From NCBI GenBank assembly GCA_963827705.1, contig CAWHBN010000001.1:41973-105972 (forward strand): DNA of 64,000 nucleotides, read 5' to 3'. This stretch comes from an uncultured Actinomycetes bacterium. Its GTDB lineage: Bacteria > Actinomycetota > Thermoleophilia > Gaiellales > Gaiellaceae. Below are positions 27,177 through 35,354 of this stretch, piece after piece. Positions within the stretch are counted from its first letter, which is position 1. The number at the start of each line of letters is the position of its first letter. The notes under the pieces are model-generated. The model ran no database searches, had not been told where the DNA came from, and saw only the letters and a list, made by a program, of their open reading frames with translations. A program made the position numbers and the translations under genes.

Positions 27177-28170
27177 GGGCTGCGCCGACCTCCCTCTGAA
27201 TGCCCGCCATGATCCCGTCCTCGCGGTCGAAGAACGTCTTCTGCACCTCGTCCCAGCCGCCAACGTCCTCGATCGTGAAGAGGTCGGGCGGGGTAGGGAA
27301 CTGGAACTCGCCGGCGACCGCCTCGTTCACCGGCCGGTAGCCCGCCTTGCCGAAGACGCGTTGCGCCTCCTCCCCGCGGATGTAGTCGAGGAAGCCAGCC
27401 GCCTGTTCAGGCGTGTCCTTCGTCACCGCGACGGGGTTCTCGATCAGGATCGTCTGGTCCGGCACGACGTAGTCGAGGTCCTCGCCCTTCTCCTGGGCCA
27501 GGATCGCCTCGTTCTCGTACGCGAGCAGGACGTCGCCCTTCCCGCCGGTGAAGGTCTGGAGCGATTCGCGCGCGCTCTTGTCCTGGACGGAGACATGCTT
27601 GAAGAGCTCGCCGAGGTACTCGACTGCCTGCTCGTGCGTCTTGCCGAGCTTCCTCTGCGCGCCGTAGGCCGCCATGACGTTCCACCGCGCTCCGCCCGAG
27701 GTGAACGGGTTGGGCTCGATCACCTCGACGCCGTCCTTGACCAGGTCGTCCCAGGTCTTGATGCCCTTCGGGTTCCCTTTCCGGACTGCGAAGACGACGA
27801 CCGAGTTCGTGACCATGCCGTTGTACTGGTCATCGGCCCAGGTCTCGGCGACCTGACCGGACTCGACGAGCCGATCGACGTCCGGCGCGAGCGAGAAGGC
27901 GACGACGTCGGCCGGCAGTCCTTGCTCGACGGCGCGGCTCTGCTCGCCCGAGCTGCCGTACGACTCGTCGAACGAGACGCCCTTGCCGGCGTCCGTCTTG
28001 GCGAAGTCCTTCGTCAGCTGCGCATAGACCTCGCGCGGTGTCGAGTACGCGACGAGCGTCAGCTTCGCGCCGTCGGAACCGGCTTCCGCCGACTCCTCCG
28101 ACGTCCCGCCGCACGCCGTGACCAACGCGGCTACGGCAATGGCGGCGAGTGCCAGAATAAGAGAACGCAT
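27169..28170 (-). CDS. sbp: Sulfate/thiosulfate-binding lipoprotein
   Basis: ATG 28170 follows AGGAGG. Lipobox LVTAC. Sbp-like sequence LVAYSTPREVY...GSSGEQSRAV..G..ADV... Confidence 0.9.
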   Translation of the reverse strand: MRSLILALAAIAVAALVTACGGTSEESAEAGSDGAKLTLVAYSTPREVYAQLTKDFAKTDAGKGVSFDESYGSSGEQSRAVEQGLPADVVAFSLAPDVDRLVESGQVAETWADDQYNGMVTNSVVVFAVRKGNPKGIKTWDDLVKDGVEVIEPNPFTSGGARWNVMAAYGAQRKLGKTHEQAVEYLGELFKHVSVQDKSARESLQTFTGGKGDVLLAYENEAILAQEKGEDLDYVVPDQTILIENPVAVTKDTPEQAAGFLDYIRGEEAQRVFGKAGYRPVNEAVAGEFQFPTPPDLFTIEDVGGWDEVQKTFFDREDGIMAGIQREVGAALE

Positions 28171-28191
28171 GGGGCCTCCTGAGATTGGAAA

Positions 28192-28212
28192 CGCTAATTT
28201 CACGGATTAGCG
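28192..28212. promoter_or_regulatory. Palindrome CGCTAAT-N7-ATTAGCG upstream of sbp (shared motif, copy 1)
   Basis: 7-bp perfect arms, 22 nt upstream of the sbp ATG and 2 nt downstream of a candidate -10 element. The same GCTAAT-N7-ATTAGC occurs at 34064-34082. Confidence 0.5.
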
Positions 28213-28214
28213 GT

Positions 28215-28243
28215 TTCTATCCGGGAGGCCTCTGCGCTGTCAA
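28215..28243 (-). promoter_or_regulatory. Candidate promoter for sbp-cysTWA
   Basis: On the minus strand: TTGACA (28243-28238), a 17-nt spacer, then ATAGAA (28220-28215). Confidence 0.35.
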
Positions 28244-28249
28244 GTCGCA

Positions 28250-29398
28250 TCAGGCGCGGTAAGCCTCGATCAGCACCTCGGCGACCTCGGGCCGCGAGAA
28301 CTCCACGGGCGGGACCTCGCCGTTCGTCAGCATCTCCCGCACCTTCGTTCCCGACAGGAACACGTGGTCGTCGCCGCCGTGCGGGCAGGTCTTCGGCGAG
28401 ACCATCGCCTCGCAGCGCTTGCAGTAGACGGCGTGCTCGAAGAACATCGGCTCGATGTCGAGCTCGTGCGGCTCGAACTCGTCGAAGATCTGCTGCGCGT
28501 CGTAGGAGCCGTAGTAGTCGCCGACGCCGGCGTGGTCGCGGCCGACGATGAAGTGCGAGCAGCCGTAGTTCTTGCGGCAGATCGCGTGCCAGATCGCCTC
28601 CCGCGGGCCCGCGTAGCGCATGGCCGCCGGGAAGGCGGAGACGACGACGCGGTCGGCCGGGTAGTAGTTGTCGACGAGCACGCGGTAGCAGTCGACGCGC
28701 GTCTTGGCCGGAACGTCGTCCTGCTTCGTGTCGCCGACGAGCGGGTGGATCAGAAGGCCGTCGACGGTCTCGAGCGCCGTCTTCGTCAGGTACTCGTGCG
28801 CCCGGTGGATCGGGTTGCGGGTCTGGAAGCCGACGATGCGCTTCCAGCCACGCTTCTCGAACTCCGCGCGGGTCTCCGCGGGATCGAGCGCGAGCTCCGG
28901 GAAAGGCGGCACGGCCCGCTCGAAGACCGTGACCCGGCCGGCGAGGTAGAGCGGCTTCTGCGCGTAGAGGCGCGCCACTCCCGGGTGGGCGTCGTCGGTG
29001 GTGCGGAAGCACTGCTCGGCCTCACGTTCCTTGTCGTACTCGTAGGTCTCCTCGACCTCGAGCACCGCGACGAGGCGGCCCGATTCGTCGGCGAGCGCCA
29101 CGCGATCGCCCTCGGGCGCCTTGTCGACTGCAAGGCAGACCGGCAGTGCCCACGGGAGGCCGCTCACGAGGCGCATCTCCTCGACCACGCGCTCGTAGTC
29201 CTCTCGGCCCATGAAGCCCTCCAGCGGGCTGAGAGCGCCCGAGGCGAGCATGTCCAGGTCGGACAGCTCGCGGGACGTCAGCGTGACGACCTCGAGCTGC
29301 TCGACGTCGTCCGGCCGCTCGCCGGTGCGGTCGACGAGCTCCCCGCCGTGTGGCTCGATCAGACCTGTCCCAGTGACTGTCACTGAGGCGTGGCTCAT
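28250..29398 (-). CDS. sat: Sulfate adenylyltransferase (ATP sulfurylase)
   Basis: 382-aa ORF with [18 protein letters not shown] and [10 protein letters not shown]. Confidence 0.92.
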   Translation of the reverse strand: MSHASVTVTGTGLIEPHGGELVDRTGERPDDVEQLEVVTLTSRELSDLDMLASGALSPLEGFMGREDYERVVEEMRLVSGLPWALPVCLAVDKAPEGDRVALADESGRLVAVLEVEETYEYDKEREAEQCFRTTDDAHPGVARLYAQKPLYLAGRVTVFERAVPPFPELALDPAETRAEFEKRGWKRIVGFQTRNPIHRAHEYLTKTALETVDGLLIHPLVGDTKQDDVPAKTRVDCYRVLVDNYYPADRVVVSAFPAAMRYAGPREAIWHAICRKNYGCSHFIVGRDHAGVGDYYGSYDAQQIFDEFEPHELDIEPMFFEHAVYCKRCEAMVSPKTCPHGGDDHVFLSGTKVREMLTNGEVPPVEFSRPEVAEVLIEAYRA

Positions 29399-29947
29399 GC
29401 GGCCACCTCGGCCGGGACGAGGCCCAGCTCCTCGAGCTTGGCGACGACGATCTGCGCGGACTCCTCCGGCTCGTGCTCCTCTGTGTCGATCCGAAGCTCC
29501 GGGCTCTCCGGCTCCTCGTACGGATCCGACACCCCCGTGAACTCCTTGATCTCGCCGCTGAAGGCCTTCTCATAGAGGCCCTTGACGTCGCGGCGGGCGC
29601 ACTCCTCCACCGAGGTCGCAATGAAGACCTCGACGAAGCGTCCATGCCCCTCGACCATGCTCGCGGGCGTGCCGCCGCGTCTCCTCGTAGGGCGAGATCG
29701 CGGAGACGAGCACCGCGGCGCCGTGTCGCGTCAGCCGCGAGGCGACCCAGCCGATGCGCTCGATGTTGGTGTCGCGGTCCTCCTTCGAGAAGCCGAGGCC
29801 CTTCGAGAGGTGGGTGCGGACGACGTCGCCGTCGAGGTACTCGACGAGGTGGCCGCGGCGCTCGAGCTCGGGGCCGACGATTTCCGCGATCGTCGTCTTC
29901 CCGGCCCCCGAGAGCCCGGTGAACCAGAGCGTGAATCCGTCAGGCAT
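29395..29947 (-). pseudogene. cysC: Adenylylsulfate (APS) kinase split by a +1 frameshift (extra base at about 29659)
   Basis: The N-terminal part [19 protein letters not shown]...[12 protein letters not shown] is in ORF 29570..29962. The C-terminal part [29 protein letters not shown]... is in ORF 29395..29658. The junction reads CGC GAG C ATG GTC, and removing one base joins them seamlessly. Confidence 0.85.
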
Positions 29948-30653
29948 TGGTCTCCTTCGCATCGATGGGTGTGTCCAGATGGATGCCGCACTCGAGCTTG
30001 TCCGAGCCGGCCCAGCGTCCGGCCCGCTCCTCCTCGTCGGGCGCGGTCGGGCGGGTGCAGGGCATGCAGCCGATCGACCGGTAGCCGGCGTCGTGGAGCG
30101 GGTTGAACGGGATCTCGTTGACGTGGATGTAGAGCCAGACCTTGCGCTCGTCCCAGTCGGCGAGCGGGTGCACCTTCCAGACGCCGTAGCGCTCCGACCA
30201 CTGCAGCTTCGGCGTGGTGGCGCGGCTCGGCGACTGGTCTCGCCGAATCCCGCTGATCCAGGCGTCGTACGGCTTCAGCGCGTCGAGGAGCGGCTCGACC
30301 TTGCGGATGTGGCAGCAGCGGTCGGGATCCCGCTCCCAGAGGTTCGGGCCCTCTTGCTTGTGCTGCTCGGCGACGGTAATCACCGGCGGGGGCGGCAGCA
30401 GGCTCAGGCCGTAGCGCTCAACGAGCCGGTCACGCGTGTCGTAGGTCTCGCGGAAGAAGAGATGCGTGTCGAGCTCGACGATCGGGACGTCGAGGCCGAG
30501 CTCCGAGACCATGTGGACGAGGACCGACGATTGCTTCTGCCAGGAGCAGGTGAGGCAGAGCTTGTCGCCGTACTCCTCGTGGGCCCAGCGGAGCAGGTCC
30601 TCCGCGGACATGGCTTCGACGTCCTGTTCAGGAAGCGGGGGCGCGGTCGCCAA
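29940..30653 (-). CDS. cysH: APS/PAPS reductase, Fe-S (APS reductase) type
   Basis: Cys pairs RCCHIRK and SIGCMPCT plus the catalytic ECGIH tail. As far as I recall, this CC...CxxC set marks 4Fe-4S APS reductases such as those of M. tuberculosis and P. aeruginosa. Confidence 0.88.
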   Translation of the reverse strand: MATAPPLPEQDVEAMSAEDLLRWAHEEYGDKLCLTCSWQKQSSVLVHMVSELGLDVPIVELDTHLFFRETYDTRDRLVERYGLSLLPPPPVITVAEQHKQEGPNLWERDPDRCCHIRKVEPLLDALKPYDAWISGIRRDQSPSRATTPKLQWSERYGVWKVHPLADWDERKVWLYIHVNEIPFNPLHDAGYRSIGCMPCTRPTAPDEEERAGRWAGSDKLECGIHLDTPIDAKETNA

Positions 30654-31374
30654 GGAGCACCTCCTTCAATGTGTCGGCGCGAAGCCCGCGCCGGAGTGTC
30701 TCGAGCGGGATGGCTTCCTCGGGCGGGATGTTCCCGAGGTTCACGGTCGGCCCGAAGCGCTTCACGAACCAGGCCTGCGCGGCCTTGGTCGGCGCCTCGA
30801 AGATGACGTCGTCGAGGTCGACGGCGGAGCCGATCTCCTCGACCAGGTCGGTGCGCATGGCGCCGTCCGACGTGAAGATCCCGGAGCTCGCGCCCTCGCG
30901 CGCTTCGGTGATCACCTTCCAAGCGCCGGCGTCGAGCTCCTCGCGGAGCCACTGCGTCCACTCCTCGGACGTGAACTCGACGGAGGAATCCTTCGAGCCG
31001 ACCTCGGAGAGGACCGTGAAGTCGCGAGCCAAGTCTGCGATGAGCTCCAGCTTCTGCTCGCGCGGAATCTCGACGGCGCCGTCCGAGACCTCGACGTGGT
31101 CGAGCCCGAGGTCGGCGAGCCACTGCTTGTAGCGGTCGAGCTGGCCGGTGGCCCAGACGGCTTCGAAGAACGTCCCGCCGACGACGACGCGCTTCTCGCG
31201 CAGGACGTCGAGCTTCTTCCGGAGGTTCGCCGTGACGAAGGCGGTGCCCCAACCGAGCTTGACGACGTCGATGTAGAGGCCGCTCGTCTCGAGCACGTCC
31301 TCCCAGGCGCGCGGCCCGAGACCCTTGTCGAGGACATGCGTCAGCCCGCCTTCGGGCGCCTCAAAGCTCAGCAA
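30628..31374 (-). CDS. comA: (2R)-phospho-3-sulfolactate synthase (ComA family)
   Basis: Collinear with my recollection of M. jannaschii ComA: GLTHVLDKGL, DVVKLGWGT, GGTFFE, VEVSDG, EVGSKD, LDAGAWKVITEAREG, VIFEAPTKAAQAWFVKRFGPTVNLGNI, PLETLRRGLRADT. Confidence 0.85.
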   Translation of the reverse strand: MLSFEAPEGGLTHVLDKGLGPRAWEDVLETSGLYIDVVKLGWGTAFVTANLRKKLDVLREKRVVVGGTFFEAVWATGQLDRYKQWLADLGLDHVEVSDGAVEIPREQKLELIADLARDFTVLSEVGSKDSSVEFTSEEWTQWLREELDAGAWKVITEAREGASSGIFTSDGAMRTDLVEEIGSAVDLDDVIFEAPTKAAQAWFVKRFGPTVNLGNIPPEEAIPLETLRRGLRADTLKEVLLGDRAPAS

Positions 31375-31945
31375 GGATCTTCTCCAGGCGCTCGTTCGCC
31401 GCCTCGTTGACGTCGTGGAACATCGAGTTGCCGTGCGAGTCGATCCCGACCCAGAGCGGGCCGAAGTCCTTGACGCGGAACTTCCAGAGGCACTCCGGCA
31501 TCAGCTCCTCCCAGGCGACCTCCTCGATCTCCTCGATCTGGGTCGTCTCGAGTGCCGCGGCGCCGCCGACGATCGCGAAGTAGACCATCCCGTGCTCGCG
31601 CATCGGCTCGATCGCCTCGTCGGGCAGGCCGCCCTTGCCGCAGATCGCGCGGACGCCGTAGTCGCGGCCGAGCGGCTCCGTGAAGCGCACCATGCGCGCG
31701 CTGGTCGTCGTGCCGATGCAGACGGGGTCGTAGCCGCCGTCGTCCCGCTTGCGGACTCCCGGCGCGGTGTGCAGCAGAAATGCGCCGTTCAAGTCCATCG
31801 GCGGCGCGATGCCCTGGTCGAAGATCCGGATCTGCGTGCGGTCGCGGATCCCGATGATGTGCCCGTCCACGGTGACAAGGTCGCCGGCGCGAAGCTTGCG
31901 GGTGTCCTCTTCCGAGGCCGGGAATGTGAGTCTGTGCTCGGCCAT
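31361..31945 (-). CDS. Fe-S hydro-lyase beta subunit (class I fumarate hydratase / tartrate dehydratase beta-type, Fumerase_C)
   Basis: ATG 31945 follows GGGAGG. The sequence GDLVTVDGHIIGIRDRTQ...TTTSARMV...AICGKGGL...YFAIVGGAAAL is typical of FumB/TtdB-like beta subunits. Confidence 0.8.
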   Translation of the reverse strand: MAEHRLTFPASEEDTRKLRAGDLVTVDGHIIGIRDRTQIRIFDQGIAPPMDLNGAFLLHTAPGVRKRDDGGYDPVCIGTTTSARMVRFTEPLGRDYGVRAICGKGGLPDEAIEPMREHGMVYFAIVGGAAALETTQIEEIEEVAWEELMPECLWKFRVKDFGPLWVGIDSHGNSMFHDVNEAANERLEKILAEL

Positions 31946-31947
31946 TC

Positions 31948-32850
31948 CTATGCCTCCCGGTCGTACTCGACGGAGCCGTCGGCGCCGATATGCGCGGAGG
32001 CGCGCCGCGCCGCCCAGCACTGGTAGTTGACGGCCACCGGGTTCAGCGTCATGTGCGTGTCGGCATGCTCGATGTGGCACTGAAGGACAGTGACGTCGCC
32101 GCCGAGCCCCATCGGGCCGATCCCGGTCTCGTTCAGCAGCCGGTAGAGGTCATCCTCCAGCTCCGCGACCAGCGGGTCGGGGTTCCGGGTGCCGACGGGC
32201 CTGGCGATGGCCTCTTTCGCGAGGTGCATCGCGTAATCGGCCGAGCCGCCGATCCCCACTCCGACGATTCCGGGCGGGCAGGGCTTCCCGCCGGCGCCGA
32301 CGATCGACTCGAGCACGAACTGCTTGATCCCCTTCACGCCGTCGGCGGGGACGCACATCTTGAGGAAGCTCATGTTCTCCGAGCCCGATCCCTTCGGGAC
32401 AGACTTGACGTCGAGGCCGTCCCAGTCCGAGACGAAGTCCCAGTGGACGATCGGGACCCTGTAGCCGACGTTCGGCCCCGTGTTCTCGCGCGTGAGCGTG
32501 TGGACGATGTTCGAGCGCAAGGGGTGGTCGAGCGTCGCGCGCATCGTCCCGTCGTAGAGCGCCTGGTAGATCCGGGCGGGGTGGAGCGGAAAGTGCTCGC
32601 CGACCCGGCAGTAGTAAACGGCGATCCCGGTGTCCTGGCAGACCAGGTTGTTCTCGCGTTCTGCCACCTGGACGTTCTTGAGGATCGTCTGGAGGACGCG
32701 CTGACCGGGAATGGACGTCTCCTTTCGGGACGCGTCCGCCAGGGCGTCGCGGAGGTCCTGGGGGATGTCCTTCAGCGCCCAGACGTAGAGGTGCGCCGCG
32801 GCATCCTCGACAGATTGCTGCAGCGTACCTAGGGCGCGTAGCGCGCTCAT
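31948..32850 (-). CDS. Fe-S hydro-lyase alpha subunit (class I fumarate hydratase / tartrate dehydratase alpha-type)
   Basis: ATG 32850 overlaps the flavoprotein stop (ATGA). Motifs LVCQDTGIAVYY, VPKGSGSENMS and PPGIVGVGIGGSAD. Confidence 0.8.
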   Translation of the reverse strand: MSALRALGTLQQSVEDAAAHLYVWALKDIPQDLRDALADASRKETSIPGQRVLQTILKNVQVAERENNLVCQDTGIAVYYCRVGEHFPLHPARIYQALYDGTMRATLDHPLRSNIVHTLTRENTGPNVGYRVPIVHWDFVSDWDGLDVKSVPKGSGSENMSFLKMCVPADGVKGIKQFVLESIVGAGGKPCPPGIVGVGIGGSADYAMHLAKEAIARPVGTRNPDPLVAELEDDLYRLLNETGIGPMGLGGDVTVLQCHIEHADTHMTLNPVAVNYQCWAARRASAHIGADGSVEYDREA

Positions 32851-34061
32851 GCCGCCGCCTTCTCCGCCGCCGCCTTGCCGGCGCGACGGCCGAACACCGT
32901 GCACTCGAGCAGCGAGTTGCCCATCATCCGGTTCCTTCCGTGCGTGCCGCCGGCGATCTCGCCGGCCGCGTAGACCCCTTCCAACGTCGTCTCTCCCTGC
33001 TCGTCGATCACGAGCCCGCCGTTCTGGTAGTGGAGCACCGGGTAGGTCAGGATCCGCTCCTTTAGCGGGTCGATCCCGCCTGCGCGGTAGCGGCGGAGCA
33101 TGTACGGGAGCGATACCTCCGCGTCAGCCTCAGCGATCCGGGTCGTGTCGAGGTAGACCGCAGGGCGGCCGTCCTCGGTCTCGACGCCCCTCCCGTTCTC
33201 GACCTCGTCGAAGATCGCCTGAGAGACCTCGTCGCGCGGCCCGAGGGAGTCCGTGAACTCCTCGCCGTCGGCGTTGAGCAGGACCGCGCCGTAGGCACGC
33301 GTGGTCTCCGGGATCGAGTAGCCCTGCATGTTCTCGGGCCAGGCGCCGCCGTTCGGGTGGTACTGGAGCGCGTCAAGGTCCCGCGACTCGGCACCCAGAG
33401 CAAGCGCGAACTGCGTCACCTCGCCCGTCGCTCCCGGATGGTTCGTCGAGAGCTCGCCGCGCTCCTTCGCCTCGCGGAAGCAGCGGCCGCCTGCGGCGAG
33501 GACGACGGTCGCGGCCTCGATGTCGTGTTCCCCGCACCGCGCTAACCAGCCGTTCTCGATCTCCTTGAGCTCCGTCAACGGCGACTTCGGAAACGCGGTG
33601 CCGGAGCCCGACTCGAACGCGTCCTTCAGCGCAGACGTAATCGCGAGACCGGTCCGGTCGCCGACCTGGAGCAGACGCTTGCGAGTCGCGCCGCCGCAGC
33701 GTGCGAGCCGGTAGCCGCCGTTCTCGCGCGTGAACTGGACGCCGAGCTCCTCGAGCCAGTGGATCGCCGGCGGCGCCTCCGACGTGAGGATCTCGACGAG
33801 GCGGCGATCGGCGGTTTCGTGCGAGCTATGCCAGACGTCCTCGGCGTGGATCTCTGGGGTGTCGTCCTCGCCGAACGCGGCCTGGATCCCGCCCTGCGCC
33901 TTGGCCGAATTGCAGGACTGAAGCGCGCCCTTGGTTGCCAGTGCGACCCGCGCGCCGGCCCGCTCGGCGGAGACGGCGGCCGCGAGGCCGGAGGCCCCCG
34001 ATCCGATCACGAGCACGTCGAAAGAGAGCTTGCCGCCCACGACTGCGATCCTACCACCCAT
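32847..34061 (-). CDS. Short (about 400 aa) FAD_binding_2 flavoprotein related to fumarate reductase/succinate dehydrogenase flavoprotein and L-aspartate oxidase
   Basis: Motifs DVLVIGSGASGLAAA, SAKAQGGI (no His at the covalent-FAD position), QYHPNG (compare QFHPTG) and GRNRMMGNSLLE (compare ANRLGSNSLLE). It lacks the C-terminal helical domain. The start may be GTG about 21 nt downstream. Confidence 0.8.
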   Translation of the reverse strand: MGGRIAVVGGKLSFDVLVIGSGASGLAAAVSAERAGARVALATKGALQSCNSAKAQGGIQAAFGEDDTPEIHAEDVWHSSHETADRRLVEILTSEAPPAIHWLEELGVQFTRENGGYRLARCGGATRKRLLQVGDRTGLAITSALKDAFESGSGTAFPKSPLTELKEIENGWLARCGEHDIEAATVVLAAGGRCFREAKERGELSTNHPGATGEVTQFALALGAESRDLDALQYHPNGGAWPENMQGYSIPETTRAYGAVLLNADGEEFTDSLGPRDEVSQAIFDEVENGRGVETEDGRPAVYLDTTRIAEADAEVSLPYMLRRYRAGGIDPLKERILTYPVLHYQNGGLVIDEQGETTLEGVYAAGEIAGGTHGRNRMMGNSLLECTVFGRRAGKAAAEKAAA

Positions 34062-34063
34062 GC

Positions 34064-34082
34064 GCTAATCGCACGTATTAGC
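34064..34082. promoter_or_regulatory. Palindrome GCTAAT-N7-ATTAGC upstream of the flavoprotein gene (shared motif, copy 2)
   Basis: 6-bp perfect arms, 2 nt downstream of the A/T hexamer TAATGA on the minus strand. The geometry matches the sbp copy. Confidence 0.5.
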
Positions 34083-34119
34083 ATTCATTATTCTGCTCGC
34101 TCTTGCCGATACATGTTCC

Positions 34120-34407
34120 ATGGTCAAGACGATCGGCCTCGTCGGGATCCTCTGCGCTGCGGCAATCCTCGGGATGACCTGGGCGCGCCAGAGCTTCCAG
34201 GCGACGGAGAAAGCGCCCGCTGCCATCCTCCAGGCGGCTGCGACGGTCCTCGAGTTCAATCACCGGACGACCGGCACATACGACGCAGGGAAGGTCGAAA
34301 CCGTCACGCTCGCCTGGGCGGACCAGTCCCGGTACTGCATCGAGTTCGGCGGCCAGCACATCGCCGGTCCCGGCGGCACGCCGACCACCGGCGACTGTCC
34401 GCGCTAA
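34120..34407 (+). CDS. Small membrane-anchored or secreted hypothetical protein
   Basis: 95-aa ORF with an N-terminal hydrophobic segment MVKTIGLVGILCAAAILGMTWA, divergent from the sulfur operon. Coding status is plausible but unproven. Confidence 0.5.
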   Translation: MVKTIGLVGILCAAAILGMTWARQSFQATEKAPAAILQAAATVLEFNHRTTGTYDAGKVETVTLAWADQSRYCIEFGGQHIAGPGGTPTTGDCPR

Positions 34408-35354
34408 TAGATCGACTGGAACAGCTCGGCGATCTCGGCCGGTGACGCAGGCCTCGGGTTCGCCTTTGCCCCAGCGCGCTGGGCGGTCGCCTCGGCGACG
34501 ACGTCCAGCTCCTGCTCAGGGACGTCGAAGTCGCGCAGCCGCTCGAAGCCCCCGAGCCGCGCCAGCTCCTCCACGCGATCCGCCGCGTGGTCGGCGCCGA
34601 TCGACTTCCCGAAATCGTCGATCGCCTCCGTCGCAACCGGCTCGTTGAACCGGAGCGCGGGCGGCAGGCACAGCGCGTTCATCGCGCCGTGCGGAAGGCC
34701 GTAGCGGCCGCCGAGTGCCTGCGCCATCGCGTGGCCGAGACAGAGGCCGGAAAGCCCGAGCGCTTCGCCCGCGCGTGCGGCTCCTTTCAGCAGGGTCTTC
34801 CGAGGGCCGAGCGCCCCGAGGTTCTCGAGCACGGCGGGTAGCGAGCCGTTGATCAGCTCTGCGCCTTCGTGCGCGGCCCGATCGGACTCGGGGCTCCGTG
34901 CCGGGTGGTACAACGCCTCGGCGGCGTGGGCCAGCGCGTTGAGCGCGGTGCCCGCCGTCTCCTCCCGGAGCAGGTCGAGCGTCAGCTCCGGGTCGTAGAC
35001 GATCGCCGCGAGCTTCGCGTCGCCTCCGCCGCCGACCATCCGCTTGTCGGGGTCGCGAACGCCGTAGAACGGCGTCCACTCCGAGCCCGAGTACGTCGTC
35101 GGAACCGAGACGAGCGGCAAACCGCTCGCCGCCGACGCCGCCTTGGCCGTGTCGATGGCGCTGCCGCCGCCCACCGCGAGCACGCCGTCGACGCCCTCCG
35201 GCACCTCGATCCGGTGCGACGGGATCTCCTCCCAGCGTGCCGCCGCGGGAAGTTCCAGTGGGCTCCACCGCGGGCTTGCGACCAGAAAAGGCCGCTCGAT
35301 CCCCAACTCGCGGAGGACGCCCGGTAGCTCCTCCAGGCCCCAGCGGACGATCAC
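34404..35354 (-). CDS. Iron-containing alcohol dehydrogenase family protein (maleylacetate reductase-like)
   Basis: 316-aa ORF with AVGGGSAIDTAKA and the His-rich site LCLGHAMAQALGGRYGLPHG. Confidence 0.8.
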   Translation of the reverse strand: MIVRWGLEELPGVLRELGIERPFLVASPRWSPLELPAAARWEEIPSHRIEVPEGVDGVLAVGGGSAIDTAKAASAASGLPLVSVPTTYSGSEWTPFYGVRDPDKRMVGGGGDAKLAAIVYDPELTLDLLREETAGTALNALAHAAEALYHPARSPESDRAAHEGAELINGSLPAVLENLGALGPRKTLLKGAARAGEALGLSGLCLGHAMAQALGGRYGLPHGAMNALCLPPALRFNEPVATEAIDDFGKSIGADHAADRVEELARLGGFERLRDFDVPEQELDVVAEATAQRAGAKANPRPASPAEIAELFQSIY

